DNA from: Eledone cirrhosa | Lineage: Eukaryota | Length of the DNA stretch: 64,000 bases | Reading direction: 5' to 3' | Assembly (NCBI GenBank): GCA_964016885.1 | Contig: CAXHJY010001349.1 | Coordinates: 1 to 64,000 of the forward strand | Part shown: in pieces, positions 14,325 to 28,005 of the stretch | How positions within the stretch are numbered: the stretch's first letter is position 1 | How the letters are laid out: each line of letters starts with the position of its first letter | Translations under genes and position numbers: made by a program | Notes under the pieces: generated by a model | Databases searched by the model: none | The model's input: only the letters and a program-made list of their open reading frames with translations | Told to the model about the DNA's origin: nothing

Positions 14325-14815
14325 CATTCGAACCCGTAACTACAACACCACTTTCTAGCTAACAACCTTCTCTTCCCCCCACACTACAAGACAATACACT
14401 GCTTATCACTATACATGGTAACTCAGTACAACTCCTAGAATACTACTACAAAACCAAAAGTTCACTCACCACACATATTTATCTGTCCCCTCTCTACCTA
14501 TATATCTCTCTCTACATCCATTACACTCTCTCTCTCTCACCTTTGACCTACCTCCTTCTCAACATTTATGAACCTGCCCTCTGGGGCAATAAATAATTCT
14601 GACCTCAACTATCTACGCATCTCTCCAAAAGTAACTAATAAAACCCCTACCATAACATTTTGATTAAGACATCTACAAGCCACTCTCTCCTACTTCTCCA
14701 ACCCCTGCATATCTTTCTTTCTCTCTCCTTCTTCCCTACTTTTCTCTCTTCCTGTTCCACTCTATCTTCCCCAACAACCCCACTTAAGGGTTTTTACATT
14801 GTATATTTACCATTC

Positions 14816-14927
14816 TGCTCTGAGGAAACAGTGGTCACAGCATTGGATATTCGAGTTCTGCAAATACTTGTGAATTTGCACGTAGCGGAACTAGGCTGCA
14901 GCACCACCGTGGAAACACTTGTAAGCA
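14816..14927 (+). ncRNA. Hammerhead ribozyme with a long branched stem II
   Basis: tgct-CTGAGGA-a-acagtggt...accaccgt-g-GAAA-cacttg-TA-agca, followed by AATAAA. Confidence 0.8.
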
Positions 14928-14974
14928 CACGGAATAAACTACCTTTTTATGATGTCTACCTGTTATTATTCATT

Positions 14975-15021
<47 letters not shown>

Positions 15022-15036
15022 CATATATATATATAT

Positions 15037-15167
<131 letters not shown>

Positions 15168-15170
15168 CAC

Positions 15171-15221
<51 letters not shown>

Positions 15222-15261
15222 TATATATATATACACATATACACATATATATATATATATA

Positions 15262-15325
<64 letters not shown>

Positions 15326-15358
15326 TATATATACACATATACACATATATATATATAT

Positions 15359-15399
<41 letters not shown>

Positions 15400-15458
15400 T
15401 AAATATATATATACATATATATATAAATATATAAATATATATATACATATATATATAA

Positions 15459-15515
<57 letters not shown>

Positions 15516-15528
15516 AATATATATATAC

Positions 15529-15561
<33 letters not shown>

Positions 15562-15674
15562 AATATATATATACATATATATACATATATATATACATAT
15601 ATATACATATATACATAAATATATATATACATATATATACATATATATATACATATATATACATATATATATAC

Positions 15675-15717
<43 letters not shown>

Positions 15718-15726
15718 TATATATAC

Positions 15727-15769
<43 letters not shown>

Positions 15770-15856
15770 TATATATACATATATATAAATATATATATAT
15801 ATAAATATATATATACATATATATACATATATATATATATACATATATATATATAC

Positions 15857-15889
<33 letters not shown>

Positions 15890-15938
15890 CATATATATAC
15901 ATATATGTATATACATATATACATATATATATATATAC

Positions 15939-15971
<33 letters not shown>

Positions 15972-15988
15972 CATATATATACATATAC

Positions 15989-16021
<33 letters not shown>

Positions 16022-16314
16022 CATATATATACATATATATACATATATATATATATACATCTATATATATATACATATATACATATATATATATACATCT
16101 ATATATATATATATACCTATATATATATACCTATATATATATACATATATATACATATATACATATGTATATACATATATATATATATACATATATATAT
16201 ACATATATATATATACATATATATATATATACATATATATATACATATATATATATATATACATATATATATACATATATATATATATATACATATATAT
16301 ATACATATATATAC

Positions 16315-16347
<33 letters not shown>

Positions 16348-16397
16348 CATATATATACATATATATACATATATATATATACATATATATACATATA

Positions 16398-17130
16398 TTT
16401 TTCCTAAATCTTACGTTAACTACTCTTCGCATCTTGACGTTATATTCGCATATATGTTATAGAATGCTGTTAGCTTCTCGCTAAAACAATCTCTATACCT
16501 CTCATTTATATTTATACTCGGATTCTTTTCCTAGAGTGCTTAAACTATCTGTGACTAATCCCGGTTTTTCTCATAAAAACTGTGATAATTATTGCTATTT
16601 TTGCTGAACTCCTTTTGTAGAGTTTTTTTCAGAATGTATTTGACTGCTATTTCTTGTAAATAAACATTCACTTACATCCTGACGTCACTAGCCCCGTTTT
16701 TCCCCATGTGCTTTTTCATAACTACACATGATGGCGAACTAGCCAGTTTTAGAATTCCCTCTTTCGGATTATAATACTGTGAGAGCCCTGGTTTTCTGTT
16801 GAGCTCTGCTGATGAATGAAATCCAACCGTGACCATCTCTATTTCATGAAATAGTCTTTTAAGACTATACAGAGCATTTGATGTTATTCCAAATTGAAGG
16901 ATAAGTGTTTTAAACTTTATTTTATCATGAGTTAAACGTCTATTGATTTTTCCCTGGATTGCACTAAATTCTGTGGATGAATTTGTATCCTGATTCTCTT
17001 TTGAGATGAGTTTGAATTATTTTTCCTAAATCTTACGTTAACTACTTTTCCCATCTTGACGTTATATTCGCATATATGTTATAGAATGCTGTTAGCTTCT
17101 CGCTAAAACAATCTCTATACCTCTCATTTA
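16398..17130 (+). mobile_element. Non-coding retrozyme-like element: 622-bp unit plus ~110-bp direct terminal repeat, one HHR
   Basis: 16398-16508 is repeated at 17020-17130; no ORF; flanked by TA. Confidence 0.8.
16803..16875 (+). ncRNA. Hammerhead ribozyme, canonical core, stable stem III
   Basis: gctctg-CTGATGA-atgaaat...atttcat-GAAA-tagtct(ttta)agacta-TA-cagagc; all three stems are perfect. Confidence 0.92.
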
Positions 17131-17170
17131 TATATACATATATATACATATATATATATATACATATATA

Positions 17171-17202
<32 letters not shown>

Positions 17203-17213
17203 CATATATATAC

Positions 17214-17340
<127 letters not shown>

Positions 17341-17377
17341 CATATATATAAATATATATACATATATATATATATAT

Positions 17378-17589
17378 AAAGAATGAATAATAACAGGTAG
17401 ACATTATATGCATTTATATACACTCCTGAATAGACATTATATGCATTTATATACACTCCGGAATACTGAAGGATCAGGAACTAAGTTTCTTCAACAATTC
17501 TTCCATAACTCGTAGAGTAACCTCTTACCGTACGTCAACCATATCCAGTGTAGTAATTAACCATTACTACATCTTGGATAATCCTATAC

Positions 17590-17594
<5 letters not shown>
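17378..17594. mobile_element. Rearranged terminal fragments of the 11732-14978 PLE family
   Basis: 17378-17404 is the reverse complement of 14952-14978; 17448-17594 is the reverse complement of 11733-11880; internal 29-bp duplication. Confidence 0.85.
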
Positions 17595-17641
<47 letters not shown>

Positions 17642-18108
17642 CTAGCAGAAGTACCCGGCGTTGCTCGGGTGTAAGTCGACCTTTGGTCTGTTAGAATGTG
17701 TGAAAGTTACTTCCCGCGCATCACAGGTTCAAAACTTCGAACTTCAATGGAAAAAAATAGGTTAGTAGACACAGGTGTGTAATTTATTAATTGTAGTTAC
17801 ACAGTGTATCGTTGAAATTGTTCTCTGGACGACTGACGCAAGTCAAAATCGCTTGATATTGAATGTTCAGTTAATTTAAAGTAGGGTGAAAATGTCGATT
17901 ACTTTCAGGGTTTTTTTTTTTTACAATTTTTGCGCTCACATGTTCAGAAGAAGAATTAAAAGGGCCTTTATCTTAACCGCGGCATAATGGCGAGTCTTTT
18001 GTGACAGTTTTCAAGAATATAGGACGTTCCTGTAAACAGTTTTCCCATGTGTAACTTTGCCTTGTTTTTTTGCGCAAAGTCGAGCCCCGCTTCAGTTTTA
18101 TTGATTTT

Positions 18109-18706
18109 TTACATCAATGCGTGATTTCTGAAGTAGATTTGAGTAGCTAAAAAACCTGTCCCGGTAAATTTGCTATAGGTGAAAAAAAGTTGATCAAAAT
18201 TGTTTCTATGGTTATTGCCCTTTTCCACAGCCTCAAGCCTCGTCTGACGGGATGTTGGTGATTCCTCCGTCAGCGCTTGTTGGCAACGAAGGCGAACGTC
18301 AGCAAGCCTTGTCGTACGTGATGTTGGTGACTCAACCAGCCGGGAAAGACGTCTATCAGCGAGTCGAGATTCGCGCTCAGCAGGTGTTTCCTAGAGAAAA
18401 TTAATTAATTCTACTGGTTAGCTAAGCCAATGGCAGTGTCAATTGTAAATGAGAAAAGTCTAACATGAACAAAAGGGAATCAAGGTAAGACAATACATTT
18501 AATATAACTACGATTAGAATGTTGTAGTTGCTTAAAAGTGGTGACAGTTAGGATAAACGCAGTACTTGCTAACATTAAGGGAGAATATTGCATAAAGGAT
18601 GAATCAATTGTGAATGAACACATACCTGAGAACGCCTAATTCGTTGTCTCAAAGCAATAGCTGTACCTTTTTTGGAGGTAAGTCTTGAACGTTTCCGTGT
18701 GGGCAT
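18109..18706 (-). CDS. Predicted spliced 120-aa STPR-repeat protein (coding exons 18706-18626 and 18390-18109), truncated Helitron Rep N-terminus
   Basis: MPTRKRSRLTSKKGTAIALRQRIRRSQ|ETPAERESRL..ESPTSRTTRL..ESPTSRQTRL; phase-0 intron GTATG...TTTTCTCTAG. Confidence 0.68.
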
Positions 18707-18897
18707 AACGACGTGTAACGAAGCTGTTAGGTTAGAGAGAGGTGATTAAATACAGAGAGAGATGACACCAGATTCGTTAGCATGGTTACTCGTGAATGGG
18801 AAGGTTTGGAAATATGATTACAATAACTTACCGAATTTTCCCGTCTATAAATTGCACTTAAAATAATTAAATTTAATAAAAAAAAACAGCTCTGCGC

Positions 18898-18903
18898 TTT
18901 ATA
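18898..18903 (-). promoter_or_regulatory. Candidate TATA box for the Helitron transcript
   Basis: TATAAA on the minus strand upstream of a GTAAGT donor (~18831) and a CTAACAG acceptor (~18724) that precede the ATG. Confidence 0.4.
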
Positions 18904-20696
18904 CTCCGGTGAGCCTTATGTATAAATAATACAATGGTAATCAATCACGGCTCTAACAGAAGTAATAGATCTAGACTAAAAGTAAAGAAGATAGCATTTT
19001 CTGGTTGGCCTTACACGCCGTTGCGCGGACCTGATTTTAAATGATACGCCTTATATCCTGGTGAGCCATATAGAGCGGAAAATATCTATTGGAAAAGAAT
19101 ACGAATTCATGACCAAGGTGTGACAAAATAGGCGTCTATACAGCGCCTGAAACAAACTTGTCCAAAACCCTAGGATTTTTCTCGTTAAGTATCCACCCAA
19201 AAGGAACCGTTTTTTAGTTACAAAAAATAACCAAAGTGTATAGTAGCTATATTTCTGACATATCATGCCAAAAAGAACAATATATTCAAAAAATGTTCTA
19301 AAGTACATTCAATCTCTCTTTTTGACCGATATCTTAATAAGCAAGTTATCGATTTTTCATTGGCTGTCAGTGTCTATCTGCATGCAGCTGTGCACGTGTG
19401 CGCAATTAATTGCAAATACGCTCATAACATTTAGACGTAAGCAGAACAAAAAATGCCATTAGAGGTGGGCTAATAATGAAGACACAAACCCTGGTGAACT
19501 TACGTTTAAACACCCGAAAAGTTACTCACTTCCTATGCAAAAGACTGTATTATAAATTAAGTAATTATTTAGAATCTTTTGTTTAAAAAAGGAAAACATT
19601 GGTACGACGTAAATTTTTTTACTTGTATTGTATGTGTACAACACAACTTGGTCAAGGTATTATTTAGTAATTTTTTTTTCAAAAAGCATGATTATTTAAG
19701 ACTGTTTGAAAATTTACTCACAGCTTTTAGGTTCACAAAAGACACCATTAAATTTGGTTCCCTTTTCAGATAGGGATAATACTGTATTTCCACTTGAATA
19801 AGGTGGAATATGAAAAGAAACTCTTTAATGGTCGGTCGTTTACTGAGACAGCTGGGAAGACATGCAACTGGCCGTTCAATCAATAACGCACGTCCGTGTA
19901 TGGGCATATGAAATTTATTTTTATTGCGCCAGATGTATATATATATTAATATATATACATACATATATATATATATTACTATATATACATACATATATAT
20001 ATATTAATATATACACATGCATATATATATATATATTAATATATATACATACATATATATATATATATTAATATATATACATATATATATATATATTAAT
20101 ATATATACATATATATATATATTAATATATATACATACATATATATATATATAAATATATATACATACATATATATATATATATAAATATATATACATAC
20201 ATATGTATATATAAATATATATACATACATACATATATATAAATATATATACATACATATATATATATTAATATATACACATACATATATATATATATAT
20301 ATTAATATATATACATACATATATATATATATATATTAATATATATACATACATATATATATATATATATTAATATATATACATATATATATATATATAT
20401 ATTAATATATATACATATATATATATATTAATATATATATACATACATATATATATATAAATATATATACATACATATATATATATATAAATATATATAC
20501 ATACAAATATATATATAAATATATATACATACATATATATATATAAATATATATACATACATACATATATATAAATATATATACATACATATATATATAT
20601 AAATATATATACATACATACATATATATAAATATATATACATACATACATATATATAAATATATATACATACATATATATATATATATAAATATAT

Positions 20697-20743
<47 letters not shown>

Positions 20744-20797
20744 CATATATATATATACATACATATATATATATATATATAAATATATATACATATT

Positions 20798-22290
20798 TCG
20801 TTTCTGAATTTGTTTAGCAAGATTCTTTATCTGAAATCGTGTGTTGAAACCGATATTGTTATACTTTGGGAGGGTCATGTTGACAATAAGAAACACACGC
20901 ACCAGTTCCTTTCACTTCAATTTATTATATATTTATAAATTTATAAATTTACAAATCTACAAACTTATAAATTTCTGGTTGGTTGGTTGGTTCCACAACC
21001 AGATAGTTGTTTATATATAGTCATAGTCCTTTTGTCACACACTCTGTGACCTCTTCAGTGACTGGGGATTCCTTTCTTTGTTTCTGTGCCTTTCCTTTCT
21101 TCTGTCCTACGCCATTTTGTTTCTGTGTGTGTGTTGTGTGCTCAGTTTGCGCATGCACCACATTCGGGTGTCTGTGTGTGTTTGTGTTCATTTATCTATT
21201 TGTTTATTTATTTACATGTTGTTGGTTGGTTGTTTGTTCTATGTGTGTGTGTGTTTTCATTTTGTCCTTAATTGTAAGTTGTGATGTTGCTGTTCAACTC
21301 ATATTTTCTATTTAATTTTGGTTGTAATTCTTTTATGCTTACTGCCTCTGTAATTTGCCTAAACATTGCATCTTTTCTGTGTGTGGATTCTATTTTTATT
21401 TCTATGTTCTCTAATTTACCCTTGTGTTCTATCTTAGCATATTGGTAGAGTACAGATGATTCTTTATTATCTTGAAGGTCTCGCCAGTGTTCATTTATTC
21501 GTTCCCCTATACTACGAGCTGTCTCACCTATGTACACTATATTTTTGTTTCTACATTGTCCTTCAGTACATCTTATGCTATACACTACATTTCTAGTTTT
21601 ACAGTTAATATGGGGGCTTATTTTACAGGTTATACATTTCTTATCTATACATGAGAGTTTTTCTTCCAGCTCGCGGTTGGCGGGCGGTGGATAGAGTGGG
21701 CGATATAATTGGTATATCGGGAATCTGGGTGTGGTGGATTCCGTGGTGTTGTTGTCGTGAGTCGATATCCATTTCAGTTGGTAGGCAGCCCGACAGAAAT
21801 TCGTTTCTATGTCGAGCCATAGTCTGTCGTCCAGTCTCTGTTTCAATATGAACTTGGGACCCAGGCTGAGGAGGTCTAATTCCTCTCGGGAGAGGGATCC
21901 TGTGACTCTGTGACGAGGTGTTTTGCGTCAGGTGTGTTGTTGGTCGGGGTGCCGCTAGGTTCGGTGTTGGTAACGTGTTGGTAACGTAAAGTTTTGTGAA
22001 GTCGCAGACGAAAGAGAGAGAGAGAGAGAGAAAAAAATTTCCATACCAGCTTTGTCAAGACCGCGCGAGAAAAGAATTACACACAGGTCAAACTTGAAGG
22101 ATGAGGAGGAAAGAGGAGGAGGAGAGGTAGTGACAGGAATGAGTGAGAGAAAGTTGAGGAGGAGGCTAACAGAGAGAGAGACTGCTAGAAAGGGTAAAAC
22201 CGAACAGACGAGTGGCAGCAGAAGAAAAATTATGTGTAAATATGATAATAATAGGCTGCCCGTTGCAAATGGTGGGGCATATGAAAAAGT
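20798..22290 (-). mobile_element. Internally deleted Penelope-like element lacking RT
   Basis: N-terminal motif LSREELDLLSLGPKF is in frame with the GIY-YIG domain; 3' UTR shared with 430-1028; HHR at 21019-21063 has GAAA mutated to AAAA. Confidence 0.85.
21268..21900 (-). pseudogene. PLE N-terminal region fused in frame to GIY-YIG endonuclease (no AUG start seen)
   Basis: CITC..NCKTRNVVYSIRC..VYIGETARSIGERINEH..RQITEAVSI..PKLN. Confidence 0.8.
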
Positions 22291-22462
22291 ATATATATAT
22301 ATACATATATATATATATACTTATACATATATATATACAAATATATATATATATATACTTATACATATATATATACATATATATATATATACTTATACAT
22401 ATATATATACATATATATATATATACTTATACATATATATACATATATATATATATATATAC

Positions 22463-22599
<137 letters not shown>

Positions 22600-22972
22600 C
22601 ATATATATATATATACATATATATATACATATATATATATATACATATATATATACATATATATATATATACATATATATTTACATATATATATATATAT
22701 ACATATATATAGATATACATATATATATACATATATATATATACACATATATATATAGATATATATATATACATATATCTATACATATATATATATACAT
22801 ATATCTATACATATATATATATACATATATATATATACATATATCTATACATATATATATATACATATATCTATACATATATATATATATATACCATATA
22901 TACATATATATATATGCATATATATACATATTTATATATATACATATATATATATATACATATATATATATA

Positions 22973-23068
<96 letters not shown>

Positions 23069-23069
23069 T

Positions 23070-23100
<31 letters not shown>

Positions 23101-23281
23101 TACATCCATATATATATACATACATATATATATATATACATATATATATATACATATATATATATACATATATATACAGATATATATATACATATATATG
23201 CATATATATATATACATATATATATACATATATATATACATATATATATATACATATATATATATACATATATATATATAC

Positions 23282-23312
<31 letters not shown>

Positions 23313-23738
23313 CACATATATATATATACATACATATATATATATACATATATATATATACATATATATATATATACATACATATATATATATACATATA
23401 TATATATACAAATATAAATATATATATACATATACATATATATATATTCATATATAAATATATATATACATATATATATACAAATATATATATATACATA
23501 TATATATATACATATATATATATACAAATATAAATATATATATACATATACATATATATATATACAAATATAAATATATATATACATATATATATATATA
23601 CAAATATAAATATATATATACATATACATATATATATATACAAATATAAATATATATATACATATATATATATATACAAATATAAATATATACATATATA
23701 TACATATATATATATATACATATATATATATACATACA

Positions 23739-23824
<86 letters not shown>

Positions 23825-23825
23825 C

Positions 23826-23920
<95 letters not shown>

Positions 23921-24237
23921 TATATACATATATATATATACATATATATATATATATCTATACATATATATATATATATCTATACATAAATATATATATA
24001 CAAATATATATATATACATATATATATATCTATACATATATATATATTTACAAATATATATATATACATATATATATATATCTATACATATATATATATA
24101 TACAAATATATATATATATACAAATATATATATATATATACAAATATATATATATATCTATACATATATATACAAATATATATATATACATCTATATATA
24201 TATACATATATATATATATACATATATATATATATCC

Positions 24238-24282
<45 letters not shown>

Positions 24283-24307
24283 CATATATATATATATACA
24301 TATATAC

Positions 24308-24339
<32 letters not shown>

Positions 24340-24345
24340 CCATAT

Positions 24346-24394
<49 letters not shown>

Positions 24395-24477
24395 ACATAT
24401 ATATATATACATATATATATATACATATATATATATACACATATATATATATACATATATATATACATATATATATT

Positions 24478-26440
24478 AGTGAAAAAGAACAAAGGAACTA
24501 TTATGACATTATAACAAGTTTATTGCCGACAGCCGTTTCGTCCGACCATATAGTGGGACTTTTCAAGGCATATAACATGTGATTGTAAGATCATTATTTA
24601 CATCAACGTATCTCTCTAGCAGTTTGAAATTCTGGTATACATCCGCAGCTCCGCTTGTATAGTTGGGGTCTATATTCTAAGGGGGCTCTTTTATATTAGT
24701 TGTCGGGGTCAGGGATTTAAGGTTAAAAATTAGATAAAATATATTTTACGCATTAAAAGTATAAATTAAAAATTAAAGACTTGGGATCTTGTAGAAGCAC
24801 CTTAAAAACTCCCTCAATAAGTGCATAAAGCTTATAGGCCCCAATAAACCTAACAAACTAGAAGAGATTAAGAGGCTAATAAAAAAAAAAAATAAATAAA
24901 TAAAAAAAAATAAATAAAAAAAAAATAATAAAAAAAAATATATAAAGTTTCCCTAAAAAATATAAAGTTTCCTAAGAAATTCCTTCGAGATAAAAAAAAT
25001 TTTTTTCCGAAAGACAAACTTTCTTCCACCGAGATCACGTTAAAAAATTTCAGAAAATTTACGAAGTTGAAAGAAACTAATCAATTAAAGGTTAGTTCAA
25101 AGAGCCTTCAATAAATCTCTCAGAAAAGGCCCCTTTAATATTTTTAATACGAACCTCCTCCGAGAGGCCCTTCGAAGAATTAAAATTTTAGAGAGCCTTT
25201 ATGGATATATATAAACGAATTGAGGAAAATTATAAACTAAAAGTTAAAAATTATATTTGGGATATCCGAGGAATTTTCAAAGGGCTGCTTCAACAGATAC
25301 AACTTAGGCATAATAGATACAATAATTTAAGTAATTTAAGTAATTTAATTAGGGAGCAATTCAAAGAGCTTATCAAGTTGGGCAAGATTAAAGAAAATGG
25401 TAAGTAAGAAAATACATAAGCAAATAGACAATAATTATAAAATGTATTTTTAAGAAGGTATAAGGTAGCTTCAGTAATCTAATAATGTACTATCAAAAAA
25501 TTATTATAAAATTATTGATACAGGATTAACAAAGACATAATAATATATTCCTGCCTAATTAACAAATAATCAATACACTATTAACAGTCAGGCAAAATTA
25601 GCTCAGGGATATCCCGCGCTCGGATACTTTACACACATACAGTAACACATAGGATTAATACAGACATAATGGTATATTCCTGCCTAATTAACAATCAATC
25701 AATTAACAATTGATGGACAAGAAAATGTACTCAAGGATATCCCACGCACGGATATTTACATACATACAGCAGGATGAACAGTACTGGTGACCTTGTGGGC
25801 GTGATATCCATCATGCGTATGTAGTCATCTGCATAGCTCCAGGCACAGTTGGTCTTGTTTAAAAGTTCATAGTCCACGGATCAACTGGGATTCAGTATCA
25901 GCTGCGTGGACTCTCTGGGAAATGTACGTGTGGATCAAATAGCTAGTGGTTGCTGGGTGTCGTCCGTTCGATCTTTTAGTTTCGGGGATTGCACGCGTTT
26001 GCGATAGATCAGCCTGCCGGTTCCAAATCCAAGATCTCGCTACATAGGATGGACTGGTCTACATGCCAAAAATACCACAAGAGAGACCCTTTGGATAGCG
26101 TAGACGCCGGACCATACCCGCAAATATATACCCTGATCTGTCTTCAATATACAGGGCTGACAGAATATGGATAACACGACCACCATCTAAGCTGGAACCG
26201 ACCCATACAGCAAACAAAGAGGGGACAGCCCTTCGCATTTGACCAGTCGCGTGTGGGCTTGGGGTTCGTAATATACCACCCCAGTCAAATCTAAACTGGT
26301 TTTTTTACCAATATAGCATGTAGACCAGTACATCCTATGTGGCGAGATCTTGGATTTGGAACCGGCAGGCTGATCTATCGCAAACGCGTGCAATCCCCGA
26401 AACTAAAAGATCGAACAGACCACACCCAGCAACCACTATA
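24478..26440 (-). mobile_element. Largely non-coding PLE-type element with 3' HHR, internal ~120-bp direct repeat (25520-25770) and ~120-bp 5' inverted repeat (25945-26066 vs 26316-26438)
   Basis: Repeats read directly; HHR followed by AATAAA at the 3' end; TA-flanked. Confidence 0.72.
24524..24570 (-). ncRNA. Hammerhead ribozyme, U3:A8 core variant
   Basis: Minus strand: tgcc-TTGAAAA-gtcc...ggac-GAAA-cggctg-TC-ggca-ataaa. Confidence 0.82.
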
Positions 26441-26549
26441 TACATATACGTATATACATATACATATATACATATATATATACATATATATATACATATA
26501 CATATATACATATACATATATACATATATATATACATATATATACGTAT

Positions 26550-26588
<39 letters not shown>

Positions 26589-26617
26589 TATATACATATA
26601 TATATACATATATATAC

Positions 26618-26660
<43 letters not shown>

Positions 26661-26677
26661 TATATACATATATATAC

Positions 26678-26720
<43 letters not shown>

Positions 26721-26725
26721 TATAC

Positions 26726-26782
<57 letters not shown>

Positions 26783-26787
26783 TATAC

Positions 26788-26830
<43 letters not shown>

Positions 26831-26835
26831 TATAC

Positions 26836-26874
<39 letters not shown>

Positions 26875-26939
26875 TATAAACATATATATATATACATATA
26901 TATACATGTATATATACATATATATATACATATATATAC

Positions 26940-26978
<39 letters not shown>

Positions 26979-27031
26979 TATACATGTATATATACATATA
27001 TATATATACATATATATACATGTATATATAC

Positions 27032-27062
<31 letters not shown>

Positions 27063-27063
27063 C

Positions 27064-27128
<65 letters not shown>

Positions 27129-27145
27129 CACATATATATATAGAC

Positions 27146-27176
<31 letters not shown>

Positions 27177-27223
27177 CATATATATATATACACATATATA
27201 TATAGACATATATATATATATAC

Positions 27224-27270
<47 letters not shown>

Positions 27271-27283
27271 CATATATATATAC

Positions 27284-27316
<33 letters not shown>

Positions 27317-27367
27317 CATATATATATACATATATATATACATATATATATATACATATATATATAC

Positions 27368-27418
<51 letters not shown>

Positions 27419-27495
27419 CATATATATATATACATATATATATATACATATATATATACATATATATATATACATATATATATACATATATATAC

Positions 27496-27544
<49 letters not shown>

Positions 27545-28005
27545 CATATATATATAGTTGAGCAGTTGAAGTATAAGGACGTGTTTTTACTTCTCTCCCC
27601 GAGTAAGCAGCAAGTCACACAGCCACAAAACAAAACCAAACAAACAAAAATTGACCGGTTAATACATTTACATACATCTATATTATTATATATTTGAAAA
27701 TTGACCGGTTAATACATTTACATACATCTATAATATATTATTATATATTTGAAACCACGTGTTTTCGAACTTGTGAGTACATTTTCCTTTAACTACAAAT
27801 TATTATTATATACTTTCGTCTTTTCATTAACTTAATTAATTTCAAATAACCAGAATATACATATATATATATATACTCATATTTATATATATACTCTTCT
27901 CACTCACACACAAGAAAAACAAAAAACAAAAATAAATCAAAAATAAATTAAAAAAAAATATATATATATTGAAATACTTAACTAAAACACACACTCAAAA
28001 CTAGA

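Larger units (their letters stand above)
11732..14978 (+). mobile_element. Penelope-like retroelement with intact ORF, inverted 5' segment (11732-11890) and 3' HHR
   Basis: Intact ORF; ~56-bp inverted repeat 11732-11787 vs 11891-11946; TA arrays on both sides. Confidence 0.93.
17642..19933 (-). mobile_element. Non-autonomous Helitron
   Basis: Minus-strand 3' end acccgagcaacgccgggt hairpin + acttctg-CTAG|T; candidate 5' end A|TC at 19933; STPR-like exons inside. Confidence 0.82.

Noticed and set aside
21019-21063. HHR in the RT-less element as an active ribozyme
   Set aside because: The catalytic GAAA is mutated to AAAA in this copy
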